From positions 64,001 to 128,000 of IMG/VR virus record IMGVR_UViG_3300046779_001841: a DNA stretch of 64,000 nt; one strand, given 5' to 3'. The DNA is from a virus (taxonomy: Duplodnaviria > Caudoviricetes). Below are positions 38,418-46,598 of this stretch, piece by piece. How positions within the stretch are numbered: position 1 is the stretch's first letter; each line of letters opens with the position of its first letter. A model generated the notes under the pieces. It worked only from the letters and a program-made list of their open reading frames with translations, was not told the DNA's origin and did no database searches. The position numbers and the translations under genes were made by a program.

Positions 38418-38660
38418 TTAAACAGACAAGTTTTGAAATTTGAAGAAATGATTGAGATAAGAAATTTGATTTGGATTGAGATTAGAATTTTTAAGCATGG
38501 TGCAGGTTTCAACCAAAGAAAGAAAATCTTTATTCATAAGATTTAAGATCAAGTGATTAAAGATCTTGAGATCATCATCATGCTTAAAAGTAAAGAAATG
38601 AGAAAAGTCGTTATTGGTATAAGTGAAGCCAGCTAGATAAACAAACATAGAAACACACAC
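38418..38660 (-). CDS. Hypothetical protein
   Basis: ORF abutting 38660..39184; start uncertain. Confidence 0.5.
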   Translation of the reverse strand: MCVSMFVYLAGFTYTNNDFSHFFTFKHDDDLKIFNHLILNLMNKDFLSLVETCTMLKNSNLNPNQISYLNHFFKFQNLSV

Positions 38661-39184
38661 TAGACAATTTGGTAGGTATCAAGATTTTCAAGTTTATAGG
38701 TTCTGATTTTATCTTTCTCAAACTTGGCAACTTTAGAGATCATGTTTTTAAGTTGAACAACAACACCACTATTCACTGGTTTTTTAATTTCTGGATTTGG
38801 ATCTTTTTCTAAAATGGTTTCTTCAAGAAGAAGACCAGTGCAATAGAAGTCACCAGATTTAACAGAAACCTTAACACCAGCAATACTAGGATGATTTTCA
38901 TAGATACTATTTTTATTTGTATCTTCAAGTAAGGAAGATTGGAAGCTGGTAATTAAACCTGTTCTACCATGTTTAGTGCCTGTTAAAGCATCTTCACAAT
39001 CTTGAAGTGTGCAAGAAATATTATGTTGTGTTGCTAGATCAAGAACTTGATCTGGAGTAAAAGATTGTGCTTTGGCAAGATCATTTTCAATAATGGTCTT
39101 GTAATCAAAACCAAATTGAATTTTTACTTGAACCTTGTCTTTAGAAGAACCTGTTTTAGTAGTAGTAAATAATGCGGTAGTCAT
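38660..39184 (-). CDS. Hypothetical protein, paralog of 37443..37973
   Basis: Shares motifs with 37443..37973; SD and own promoter element. Confidence 0.72.
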   Translation of the reverse strand: MTTALFTTTKTGSSKDKVQVKIQFGFDYKTIIENDLAKAQSFTPDQVLDLATQHNISCTLQDCEDALTGTKHGRTGLITSFQSSLLEDTNKNSIYENHPSIAGVKVSVKSGDFYCTGLLLEETILEKDPNPEIKKPVNSGVVVQLKNMISKVAKFEKDKIRTYKLENLDTYQIV

Positions 39185-39217
39185 AGGTTTTTTTCCTTTT
39201 TTTGAATTTGGGTTTTA

Positions 39218-39265
39218 GTCATTACTGACATATAGATAACACTTGTCGAGTTGCTTTCTTTGCAC
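39218..39265 (-). promoter_or_regulatory. Repeated promoter/hairpin element
   Basis: GTGCAA-N15-AAGTGTTATC-N5-GTCAgtaaTGAC. Confidence 0.8.
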
Positions 39266-39278
39266 CAGAAAGCAAATA

Positions 39279-40802
39279 TTATTCAATATCTCTAATCTTC
39301 AAACCATTTGAGATATATGGTAGATGATCTAACTTTTTAACATTCTTATCAAACATCTTTTGAAATGCTTTGGCAATATCATTTGGATCAATAATGCTTT
39401 CTAAATCTAAGGTAGTGTTTTTATCAAAAGTGTTTTGATTAGATACTTGATTTTGATCATCATTAGCTTGATCATCACTATCTTGATCATCTTGATCATC
39501 ATCTTGATCATCATCATCTTGATCATCATCATCTTGATCATCATCACTGTTACTTGGATCTTGATCATCTTGATCATCATCATCTTGATCATCACTATCT
39601 TGATCATCACTATCTTGATCATCACTATCTTGATCATCATCTTGATCATCATCATCTTGATCATCATCTTGATCATCACTATCTTGATCATTATCATCTT
39701 GATCATCACTATCTTGATCATCATCTTGATCATCATCATCTTGATCATCATCTTGATCATCATCACTGTTACTTGGATCTTGATCATCTTGATCATCATC
39801 ACCACCTTTACCACCATTACAATCATCATTATCATCTTGGTTATCTTGATCTTGATCATCTTGTGGTGGATTATCTTTTGGTGGATTATCTTGTGGTGGA
39901 TTATCTTTTGGTTTATCTGCAGGCAATTCTAAAGTCATTAAGATTTGCATAGCAATAGTTAAAGGTAGATGTACAGTCTTTAAGATTTCTTTATCAAGAT
40001 CAGTTTTCTTTTTAAAAGTAGTATATTCTTTAATAGAAACTTGTAATTGTTTCCAAAGGTCTTTAACAGATAAAGCACATTCCCAAAGTCTAGGATAAAG
40101 AGTAGCATATTCATTAAAAACTCTAGCTTGAGATTTGGATTTGTGATCTTTACCTAAATCTCTAATCATGAGAGCAATAGCATTAGCAGGATTTTTACCC
40201 ATATCACCAGAAAGTCTTGATTTTGCTTCTAAATCATTCCAAACCCATTCTTGAATGGTATGAAATCTAACTGCACTTTCTGGATAGAGTTTAGACATCA
40301 TTTTTTCAAGTCTAATATCTGCACAAACATTAGCCCAAAGACCAAGAACTTTGAACAAGTTAAATTTCTTTTCTGTAAAATCTTTGAATACAGGAATAAT
40401 CTTTTGAGCAGTTTCACCAGTTAAAGGTGATCCAGCCATGTCACAAATAATGTGTCCAACTTCATGAGAACCACCACCAAGACCAACTGCTCTATCAATA
40501 GAAACAATTTGACTAGCTTCAACAGAAGGCAAGATCAATTTTACTTTATTACCACCACTCATTCTTTTAATATTAGCATGGTAATTTTCAAAAGTTTGAG
40601 AAAGATCACAATTTTTTAAATCATTTTGTGAATAGTAAAATCTTGAAACCATGTGACTAAGAGAAAGCACTGGAAAAAAAGCACCCACACCAAAAGTAGT
40701 ACCAGATCTAACAATTTCTACATTTTTTGTATCACACAATGCTTGAAAAGCACCTCTACCCATATCAAGAGTATCTACTTTATATTTTTGAATAGCAACC
40801 AT
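39279..40802 (-). CDS. CobT N-terminal-like zincin protein with long D/Q acidic tract and no vWA domain (start MVAIQ)
   Basis: GGGSHEVGHI (HExxH) and NVCADIRLEKMM..LYP, as in MoxR-partner metallopeptidase-like domains; about 140 aa of DDQD repeats; SD CAAAGGA. Confidence 0.65.
   Translation of the reverse strand: MVAIQKYKVDTLDMGRGAFQALCDTKNVEIVRSGTTFGVGAFFPVLSLSHMVSRFYYSQNDLKNCDLSQTFENYHANIKRMSGGNKVKLILPSVEASQIVSIDRAVGLGGGSHEVGHIICDMAGSPLTGETAQKIIPVFKDFTEKKFNLFKVLGLWANVCADIRLEKMMSKLYPESAVRFHTIQEWVWNDLEAKSRLSGDMGKNPANAIALMIRDLGKDHKSKSQARVFNEYATLYPRLWECALSVKDLWKQLQVSIKEYTTFKKKTDLDKEILKTVHLPLTIAMQILMTLELPADKPKDNPPQDNPPKDNPPQDDQDQDNQDDNDDCNGGKGGDDDQDDQDPSNSDDDQDDDQDDDDQDDDQDSDDQDDNDQDSDDQDDDQDDDDQDDDQDSDDQDSDDQDSDDQDDDDQDDQDPSNSDDDQDDDDQDDDDQDDDQDDQDSDDQANDDQNQVSNQNTFDKNTTLDLESIIDPNDIAKAFQKMFDKNVKKLDHLPYISNGLKIRDIE
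39460..39860. repeat. Coding short tandem repeats (TCTTGATCATCA-type) with a 219-bp internal duplication
   Basis: TCATCACTGTTACTTGGATCTTGATCATCTTGATCATCA at 39541 and 39760. Confidence 0.9.
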
Positions 40803-40824
40803 TTGGTTCGTCCTTTGTTTTGAA

Positions 40825-40872
40825 GTCATTATTGACAAATATATAACACTTATGCTTAAGCTATCTTTGCAA
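40825..40872 (-). promoter_or_regulatory. Repeated promoter/hairpin element (divergent pair, left)
   Basis: TTGCAA-N15-AAGTGTTATA-N5-GTCAataaTGAC. Confidence 0.8.
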
Positions 40873-40903
40873 CCAACATCAAAAAAACTTTTTTTAACAT
40901 TCG

Positions 40904-40935
40904 TTGCAAAGATAGCAACTCGATAAATGTTTATA
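40904..40935 (+). promoter_or_regulatory. Repeated promoter element (divergent pair, right; variant)
   Basis: TTGCAA-N15-AAATGTTTATA. Confidence 0.7.
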
Positions 40936-40974
40936 TCTTGTCTTAAACATAACACGATTCAAAGGACGAACCAA

Positions 40975-41781
40975 ATGCAAGACTTTAACAAAGAAATCAA
41001 AAACACCATTAAACAAGAAATGTTGTCTTTATTAGAAACAGTGTCACCAATCAAGAGTAGTGATTTTAAAAATCAAGTCTTAGAAAGACTTGGTTTAACA
41101 AGAGATCAATTTGGATTTGAAAATTCTGGTGCATCTAAACTTGAAAAGTTTATTAGTAATGAGTTTTGGAAATTAAAACAAGAAGGTAAAGTAGAGCAAG
41201 ATGGTTCCACTTGGATTTTTGTAAATCCTGGTGTTCAAAATCCTGGTGTTCAAAATCCAGTGGTTCAAAATATGATTACATATATAGAAGAAGATCAAGA
41301 AGATGATGAAGATGAAAATCAAAAACCTGTAGTGAATATTGCAGACCTGGTTAATCCAGCATTAAGCAATAAATTACTTGCTTGTGATGGATATAGAAAT
41401 TCTTTAATAGAAAACACACCATGCTTTGGAATGTTTGATAAAACACAATGTCATGGTTGTATGCTGGCTTTCTGGTGCAGTCCATTTACTGGTGAAAAGA
41501 AAGCAGAAAAGAAAGCAGAAAGACAAGCTAAAAAACAAGTCAAGACTGCTAAAGAAGTTCTTTTAGAAAAATATGCAGATAAAAAAGAAACATTAGAAAA
41601 CTTATTGTCATTGATCAATCATGCAGTGAAAATCCCCAACAACAGCACTAATCAAATCAAATGTTTTTTTGATGCACAAACAACAATCAATCCACAAGAA
41701 GATTGTATGTTTGTAAAAAACTTTGGTGTGGTCTCTATGAAAGTCTTTACTGAATTAAAAGATGCTGGTCTTGTTAAATGA
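40975..41781 (+). CDS. Winged-helix (Mrr_N-like) protein with 4-Cys motif (start MQDFN)
   Basis: VLERLGLT…SGASKLEKFISNEFWKLKQEGKVEQDGSTW; CFGMFDKTQCHGCMLAFWC. Confidence 0.6.
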   Translation: MQDFNKEIKNTIKQEMLSLLETVSPIKSSDFKNQVLERLGLTRDQFGFENSGASKLEKFISNEFWKLKQEGKVEQDGSTWIFVNPGVQNPGVQNPVVQNMITYIEEDQEDDEDENQKPVVNIADLVNPALSNKLLACDGYRNSLIENTPCFGMFDKTQCHGCMLAFWCSPFTGEKKAEKKAERQAKKQVKTAKEVLLEKYADKKETLENLLSLINHAVKIPNNSTNQIKCFFDAQTTINPQEDCMFVKNFGVVSMKVFTELKDAGLVK

Positions 41782-41798
41782 AAAATTTTTTTCATTCG

Positions 41799-41846
41799 TT
41801 GCAAAGGTAGCAAATCGTCAAGTGTTATAAGAATGTCGATAACGAC
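41799..41846 (+). promoter_or_regulatory. Repeated promoter/hairpin element
   Basis: TTGCAA-N15-AAGTGTTATA-N5-GTCGataaCGAC. Confidence 0.8.
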
Positions 41847-41871
41847 TAACCCTAAAAAAAGGAAAAATCAA

Positions 41872-42894
41872 ATGGCAGTATCAAGAACTCCAGTTTTAAA
41901 TGTAAATGGCTTTAACAAATCTTTCAGTGGTATCACTGCTCAAGTCAATCCTATCACTGATATTGAATTAAAGAAAGCTAATGCTTTTGCACCAGCTATT
42001 AAGCACTATGTACCTACAACAGATAGATGGGTTCAACTTGCAGTCATGACTGCTTTAAAGTCAAAAAAACATTTGTATGTGCATGGTAAAGCTGGTTCTG
42101 GTAAAGATGCTTTATTTCAACAAGTAGCAAATCAATATAGAATACCATTCATCAATCTATCTTTCAAAGAAGGTATTGATGTTAATGAGTGGATTGTAAG
42201 AAGAGAAATAAAAGCAGAAGCTGGTGGTTTCTCAACCAAAGTTGAAGAAGGTGTCTTGTTAAAAGCAATTAAAGGTTTTCAAACTCAAGATGGTAGTTTA
42301 ATTCCATACATGATTTTGATCAGTGATATGGATAGAGCATTGCCAAGTCAATTAGAAATCTTAAGACAAGCCTTACAAGAAGGTACAAGTGCATACTTGA
42401 TCAATCCTATTGATGGTGAACCTATCAATGTATTACAAGGTACTTTGTTTGTAATGACTGGTAACAGTGCTTTAGATGGTGATCTTAGAGGAAACATGGT
42501 ATCAAATAGACTTGATGCAAGTATCTTGAACAGATTGGTCTGTATTAGAGCAACCAATCCAACTGATGCTTTCTTTGTGAAAATCCTAGCTAATGAGTTT
42601 CCTACCTTAACACAAGATCAATGCCAGTTGTTAATCACTTGCATGAATGCAACTAGCAAGATGGCAGAAGAACTTGCACTACCTATTGAAATTTCAATTA
42701 GAACTACCAAGGCTTGGGCAAGACTTGCTATTGATAGTTTAGATTGTGGTTTAGCTAAAAACTTTAAACAAGCTATCCAATTTGGTTTTGATGGTGTGAT
42801 TGATGGTTTCTTTAGCAATCCTGCTCAAGCAGAAAGCATTAGAGGTGCAATAGATAATATTGTAGGTGGTAGTGCAGAAGCAGTTAATTCTTAA
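41872..42894 (+). CDS. MoxR/CobS/CbbQ-type AAA+ ATPase (start MAVSR)
   Basis: Walker A GKAGSGKD, Walker B-like ILISDMDRA, sensor MTGN, LDASILNRL (arginine finger). Confidence 0.8.
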   Translation: MAVSRTPVLNVNGFNKSFSGITAQVNPITDIELKKANAFAPAIKHYVPTTDRWVQLAVMTALKSKKHLYVHGKAGSGKDALFQQVANQYRIPFINLSFKEGIDVNEWIVRREIKAEAGGFSTKVEEGVLLKAIKGFQTQDGSLIPYMILISDMDRALPSQLEILRQALQEGTSAYLINPIDGEPINVLQGTLFVMTGNSALDGDLRGNMVSNRLDASILNRLVCIRATNPTDAFFVKILANEFPTLTQDQCQLLITCMNATSKMAEELALPIEISIRTTKAWARLAIDSLDCGLAKNFKQAIQFGFDGVIDGFFSNPAQAESIRGAIDNIVGGSAEAVNS

Positions 42895-42909
42895 AAATCT
42901 TTTTCATGA

Positions 42910-42957
42910 TTGCAAAGACTGCTTAAGCATAAGTGTTATAAGAATGTCGATAACGAC
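42910..42957 (+). promoter_or_regulatory. Repeated promoter/hairpin element
   Basis: TTGCAA-N15-AAGTGTTATA-N5-GTCGataaCGAC. Confidence 0.8.
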
Positions 42958-42980
42958 TTAACAAAAAAAAGGAAAATAAA

Positions 42981-43835
42981 ATGGCTTTTGATTATCAAGC
43001 ATTTAGAGAAGATTTAAAAAAATATGCAGTCATTAAGACCAATGATCTAAGAAGATTGCTAATTGATGAACAAAACAAAAAAACATTCACAAAGAATGGT
43101 TTGTCATTAAATGGTAGAGGTCTTGTGAATACTGCTATTGCAGTTGCCAATTCAAGAGAAAATCTTGATAGGTATAAAACATTCCAACAAAAACAAACCA
43201 CTTTGGCAGGTTTTTCATTTGCATTTGATTTTTCAGCATCTATGAATAGTGCTATTGAAGAACAAAGAGGTTTACCAATTCCAGCCAGTGCTAATAAAAT
43301 CTCAAGATATAGAGCATTAGTGTATGCTATGGAAAGTCTATTGAATGTAATCACTCCATTTGGAATAAAATCCTATATAGGTGGTGTGTTATTTGAAAAT
43401 AGTAGAGAACATAGAAATCAATTCACTACCAGCACTGATAGCATTCAAATCAATTTAAAAGTCATTAAAAAAGACACTGAAAGATTTGATATTCAAAAAG
43501 CATTTACAGGAACTCAACCTAACAATAATACCTATCTTTGTGCTTATGCTCAAGGTGCCATAGAAATGGCAAAAAGAATTAAGGGTGTGGATAAAAGAAT
43601 TGCTATCTATATGACTGATGGTGATGATGGTGCTTCTATGCCTTATCTCAAATCTATTCAAGACCAAGCCAAAGCACAAGGTATTGATCTTATTTGTTGC
43701 ACTTTAAAATGTGGTGTTTCTCAAAAAACTATTGATCTATTAAAAAATCAAGGTGTAAATCTTATTTGCATTAATGATCCATTAGATTTTATAAGTGCTT
43801 TAACTGATGTTCTCAAAAACATTTATCTTGCTTAA
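42981..43835 (+). CDS. vWA (MIDAS) domain protein, CobT C-terminal-like
   Basis: FAFDFSASM (DxSxS), NNT, YMTDG; preceded by a G.LNGR.L motif. Confidence 0.78.
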   Translation: MAFDYQAFREDLKKYAVIKTNDLRRLLIDEQNKKTFTKNGLSLNGRGLVNTAIAVANSRENLDRYKTFQQKQTTLAGFSFAFDFSASMNSAIEEQRGLPIPASANKISRYRALVYAMESLLNVITPFGIKSYIGGVLFENSREHRNQFTTSTDSIQINLKVIKKDTERFDIQKAFTGTQPNNNTYLCAYAQGAIEMAKRIKGVDKRIAIYMTDGDDGASMPYLKSIQDQAKAQGIDLICCTLKCGVSQKTIDLLKNQGVNLICINDPLDFISALTDVLKNIYLA

Positions 43836-43850
43836 AGGAATTAAAAAACC

Positions 43851-44708
43851 ATGACTTCTTTCTCATTCAAAACATTTTTAAAAGTTGCCAATAAAGATGA
43901 ATTAAAAGCACTCGCAGAAAATTCATCACACATAAATGACTTGTGTAGCAAACTCAATCTCAAGTATAGTCAAGTAAAATACTTATACAGGAAAATAGGT
44001 ATAGACTTGCACTTTTCTAAAAAAGAAAAAAACCTTGTTGCTAATCCATCTCTGGATATACCTAAAGAAACTCTTGTATCAATGGCTGGAAAACCTTTAC
44101 AAAGAGTTTCTTTAGATCTTAAACTCAAACCAAAGAAAGTTAAAGAACTTTTTGCTAAACATGGTTTACCTATACCTGTTAAAGCAAATAATTTTGCTAC
44201 CAGTTGTCCTATCTCAAAAGAAGATCTGGAATACCAGTACTTAACTTTAAATCAATCTTTATCTGCACTTGGTGAAAAATATGATGTCAGTAAGCAACTT
44301 GTTGCCAACTGGTGTGTTTTCTATAACATACCTGTTAGAAATGCTGGTTTCTTTTCACCAGTACATTCAAACTCTAATATCTATAAGCATCCTATCTGGA
44401 ACTTAACAAATGAAGAATTTCTTTTACAAGTAAAACAATATTCTTGTATAAGTGAATTTTGTAAGTCACAAGATATTTCTGCTAATTTGTTTTACAGATT
44501 TTTAGATGAAAGAAAAATACCATCACCATTTCCTAGAAATAAACTTACTACACTCACAAAAGAATATTTGCTGGATCTTTACTTGAATAAAGATATGACT
44601 TTAAAGCAAATAGCAGAACATGAAAATTGCCATTTACAAACTATCAATAGGTATTTCAAAGCATTTGACATTAATGCTGGTCTTAAAAGAAAATTACAAA
44701 AAATTTAA
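43851..44708 (+). CDS. Tandem-HTH DNA-binding protein (about 5 repeats)
   Basis: SKEDLEYQYLTLNQSLSALGEKYDVSKQLVANWCVFYNIPVR; TKEYLLDLYLNKDMTLKQIAEHENCH. Confidence 0.7.
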   Translation: MTSFSFKTFLKVANKDELKALAENSSHINDLCSKLNLKYSQVKYLYRKIGIDLHFSKKEKNLVANPSLDIPKETLVSMAGKPLQRVSLDLKLKPKKVKELFAKHGLPIPVKANNFATSCPISKEDLEYQYLTLNQSLSALGEKYDVSKQLVANWCVFYNIPVRNAGFFSPVHSNSNIYKHPIWNLTNEEFLLQVKQYSCISEFCKSQDISANLFYRFLDERKIPSPFPRNKLTTLTKEYLLDLYLNKDMTLKQIAEHENCHLQTINRYFKAFDINAGLKRKLQKI

Positions 44709-44713
44709 GTATG

Positions 44714-44761
44714 TTGCAAAGGTGGCTTAATGACAAGTGTTATATATATGTCGATGATGAC
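44714..44761 (+). promoter_or_regulatory. Repeated promoter/hairpin element
   Basis: TTGCAA-N15-AAGTGTTATA-N5-GTCGatgaTGAC. Confidence 0.8.
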
Positions 44762-44784
44762 AAATAAACCACTTGGAGCTAAAA

Positions 44785-45126
44785 ATGAAAAGCACTATTC
44801 AAATTAAAGACTATACCTGCACTAGAACTCTTATGAATGGTAATGCAACTTATAGTTGCACTTGTCCTGCATGGTCTAGTGCTTTACAAAGAGGTGTGCC
44901 TTGTAAGCATATTCTTTCCATTCTTTTCACTGGTTGTGATGTTGCTAAATGGGAACACATAAGAATGACTTTTGCAAAGCAATTTAATATGAATAATAGC
45001 AAAGCAGAAGTCATTCTTGGTAAAGGTTTGAGATATAATGAACCAGCAGTCTTGGAATGGTATGTAGAATACCAAAGATCCCAAATAAAAGAAATTCCCA
45101 AAGAATTTGCTATTGGTCAAATTTAG
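44785..45126 (+). CDS. SWIM zinc-finger protein (start MKSTI)
   Basis: YSCTCPAW…VPCKHILSI (CxC…CxH); GGAG SD. Confidence 0.78.
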   Translation: MKSTIQIKDYTCTRTLMNGNATYSCTCPAWSSALQRGVPCKHILSILFTGCDVAKWEHIRMTFAKQFNMNNSKAEVILGKGLRYNEPAVLEWYVEYQRSQIKEIPKEFAIGQI

Positions 45127-45907
45127 ATTTTAAATAAGTAGAAGCTACTCTTTTTGCCATAGCAGTCATATTCAAAGGAATGTTAAAAGTTACTCCACCG
45201 CCCCAGCTTGTGCCTGGTGTTGAAAATGATGTAGTGGTTTTGCCAGTTTGATGATCGCAACCTAAACCACTTGGTTGGTGTGGTCGTGTTGAATGTGCAG
45301 TGATTAGCAATAATCTATTAAATATTTCATAAGGCTGTTGAGCATTTAGATTTAGATTTTCTACTGCAAATACATACTTCACATTGTTTAGAACCAATTC
45401 AAAGCAATCTTTCTTTTCGCTTCTTTTTCTTACTATATCACTACAATAAGTCATACCTCTAACATTTACTGGTGGATTATTGATTAAGGTAAAACCATCT
45501 GGTGATACTTCATAATTCAATGTCATATACTGCTTATATAATGGTATAAAAGTTTTCACTGCATCCTGTGCATCTTTTAAAGTTACACCACGAAAATCCA
45601 TCATCATTTGACCATGTTGTTCAATCTGGACTTCTTTAAAACAAGTTGTTTCATCACCAGTAGGTGTAAACTTAAGAATAGAATAAGCATTTTGTTCGAT
45701 GGTTTGTTTCTTTGGGTAAATATCCACTCTTTTTTTATTTTGAGCATCCGAAATCCAAGTGTTAAAATGTGGATAACCTGGTTTATACTTTTTATGAACA
45801 CGGTGCTTTACTAGACACCAACCACCAGCATCATTTTCAGAACCTATTCCTGGTGTTAAATCTGCACCTGCAAAAGATCTTTTTCTTAATGTCATTTTTT
45901 TCTCCAT
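45110..45907 (-). CDS. Hypothetical protein
   Basis: 265 aa ORF; basic N-terminus; ends AKRVASTYL. Confidence 0.7.
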   Translation of the reverse strand: MEKKMTLRKRSFAGADLTPGIGSENDAGGWCLVKHRVHKKYKPGYPHFNTWISDAQNKKRVDIYPKKQTIEQNAYSILKFTPTGDETTCFKEVQIEQHGQMMMDFRGVTLKDAQDAVKTFIPLYKQYMTLNYEVSPDGFTLINNPPVNVRGMTYCSDIVRKRSEKKDCFELVLNNVKYVFAVENLNLNAQQPYEIFNRLLLITAHSTRPHQPSGLGCDHQTGKTTTSFSTPGTSWGGGVTFNIPLNMTAMAKRVASTYLKSKFDQ

Positions 45908-45971
45908 CTTCTAATAGAAATCATACTCTTAAATAGAAACATAAATAAAATATTAAATTTTTTTACTTTCG

Positions 45972-46019
45972 TTGCAATAAAAGCACCATGACAAGTGTTA
46001 TAGATATGTCAATAATGAC
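45972..46019 (+). promoter_or_regulatory. Repeated promoter/hairpin element
   Basis: TTGCAA-N15-AAGTGTTATA-N5-GTCAataaTGAC. Confidence 0.8.
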
Positions 46020-46037
46020 AATCAAAGGATCATAGAT

Positions 46038-46598
46038 ATGTTTCAAACAACATCCAAAAATGCACCTAACTGGTATCCACATATTGAACTAGACCATAAT
46101 GTGTCTTTTCAAAGAAACCACTGTTCTTTAACTGTATTTCCCAATCTTTTTGTTGAAGATAAGAAAGGTGAAATTACACTAGACTGCTATGGTCTTAGAT
46201 ATAAACACTTTGACAAATTTCAAGTCAATATTGTTGATGGTCAAACAGAAAAAATTCAAACTGCTTTGTTTCCAGTTGGTCATCCTACTGGCAGTGAAAA
46301 ATATCAACATATCAGTATCAAACCTACCAGTGAAAAAGGTGTTATCCAAATCACTGATAGCTTTGAAACACACTCTTTATCTTGGCACATGACTAATGAA
46401 TATATCTTTTTGCAATATGGTGATTTTAAAACCATGATCCATTTTGAAGATGGTGTGATTGATATTCCAAATGAAAAAGCCAATGATGATTACATAGATT
46501 TCTTAAAGTTAGCTAAAACAAAAACAGATGATCCTGAATTACTGCAAATGTATGATAGACATATAGCTAGAGTAAATGAAAGGAATAATCTAAATTAA
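46038..46598 (+). CDS. Hypothetical protein, paralog of 49107..49649
   Basis: Shared L..YGL.YK…F.+.IV.G, I.ITD.F, +SW.++N, I.F..GVID. Confidence 0.72.
   Translation: MFQTTSKNAPNWYPHIELDHNVSFQRNHCSLTVFPNLFVEDKKGEITLDCYGLRYKHFDKFQVNIVDGQTEKIQTALFPVGHPTGSEKYQHISIKPTSEKGVIQITDSFETHSLSWHMTNEYIFLQYGDFKTMIHFEDGVIDIPNEKANDDYIDFLKLAKTKTDDPELLQMYDRHIARVNERNNLN

Noticed and set aside
39407-39952. M/I/K-rich, I/L-rich and His-rich ORFs (39407..39859, 39435..39932, 39554..39952)
   Set aside because: They are alternate-frame shadows of the GAT/CAA repeat in the acidic tract, with no SD or independent features.
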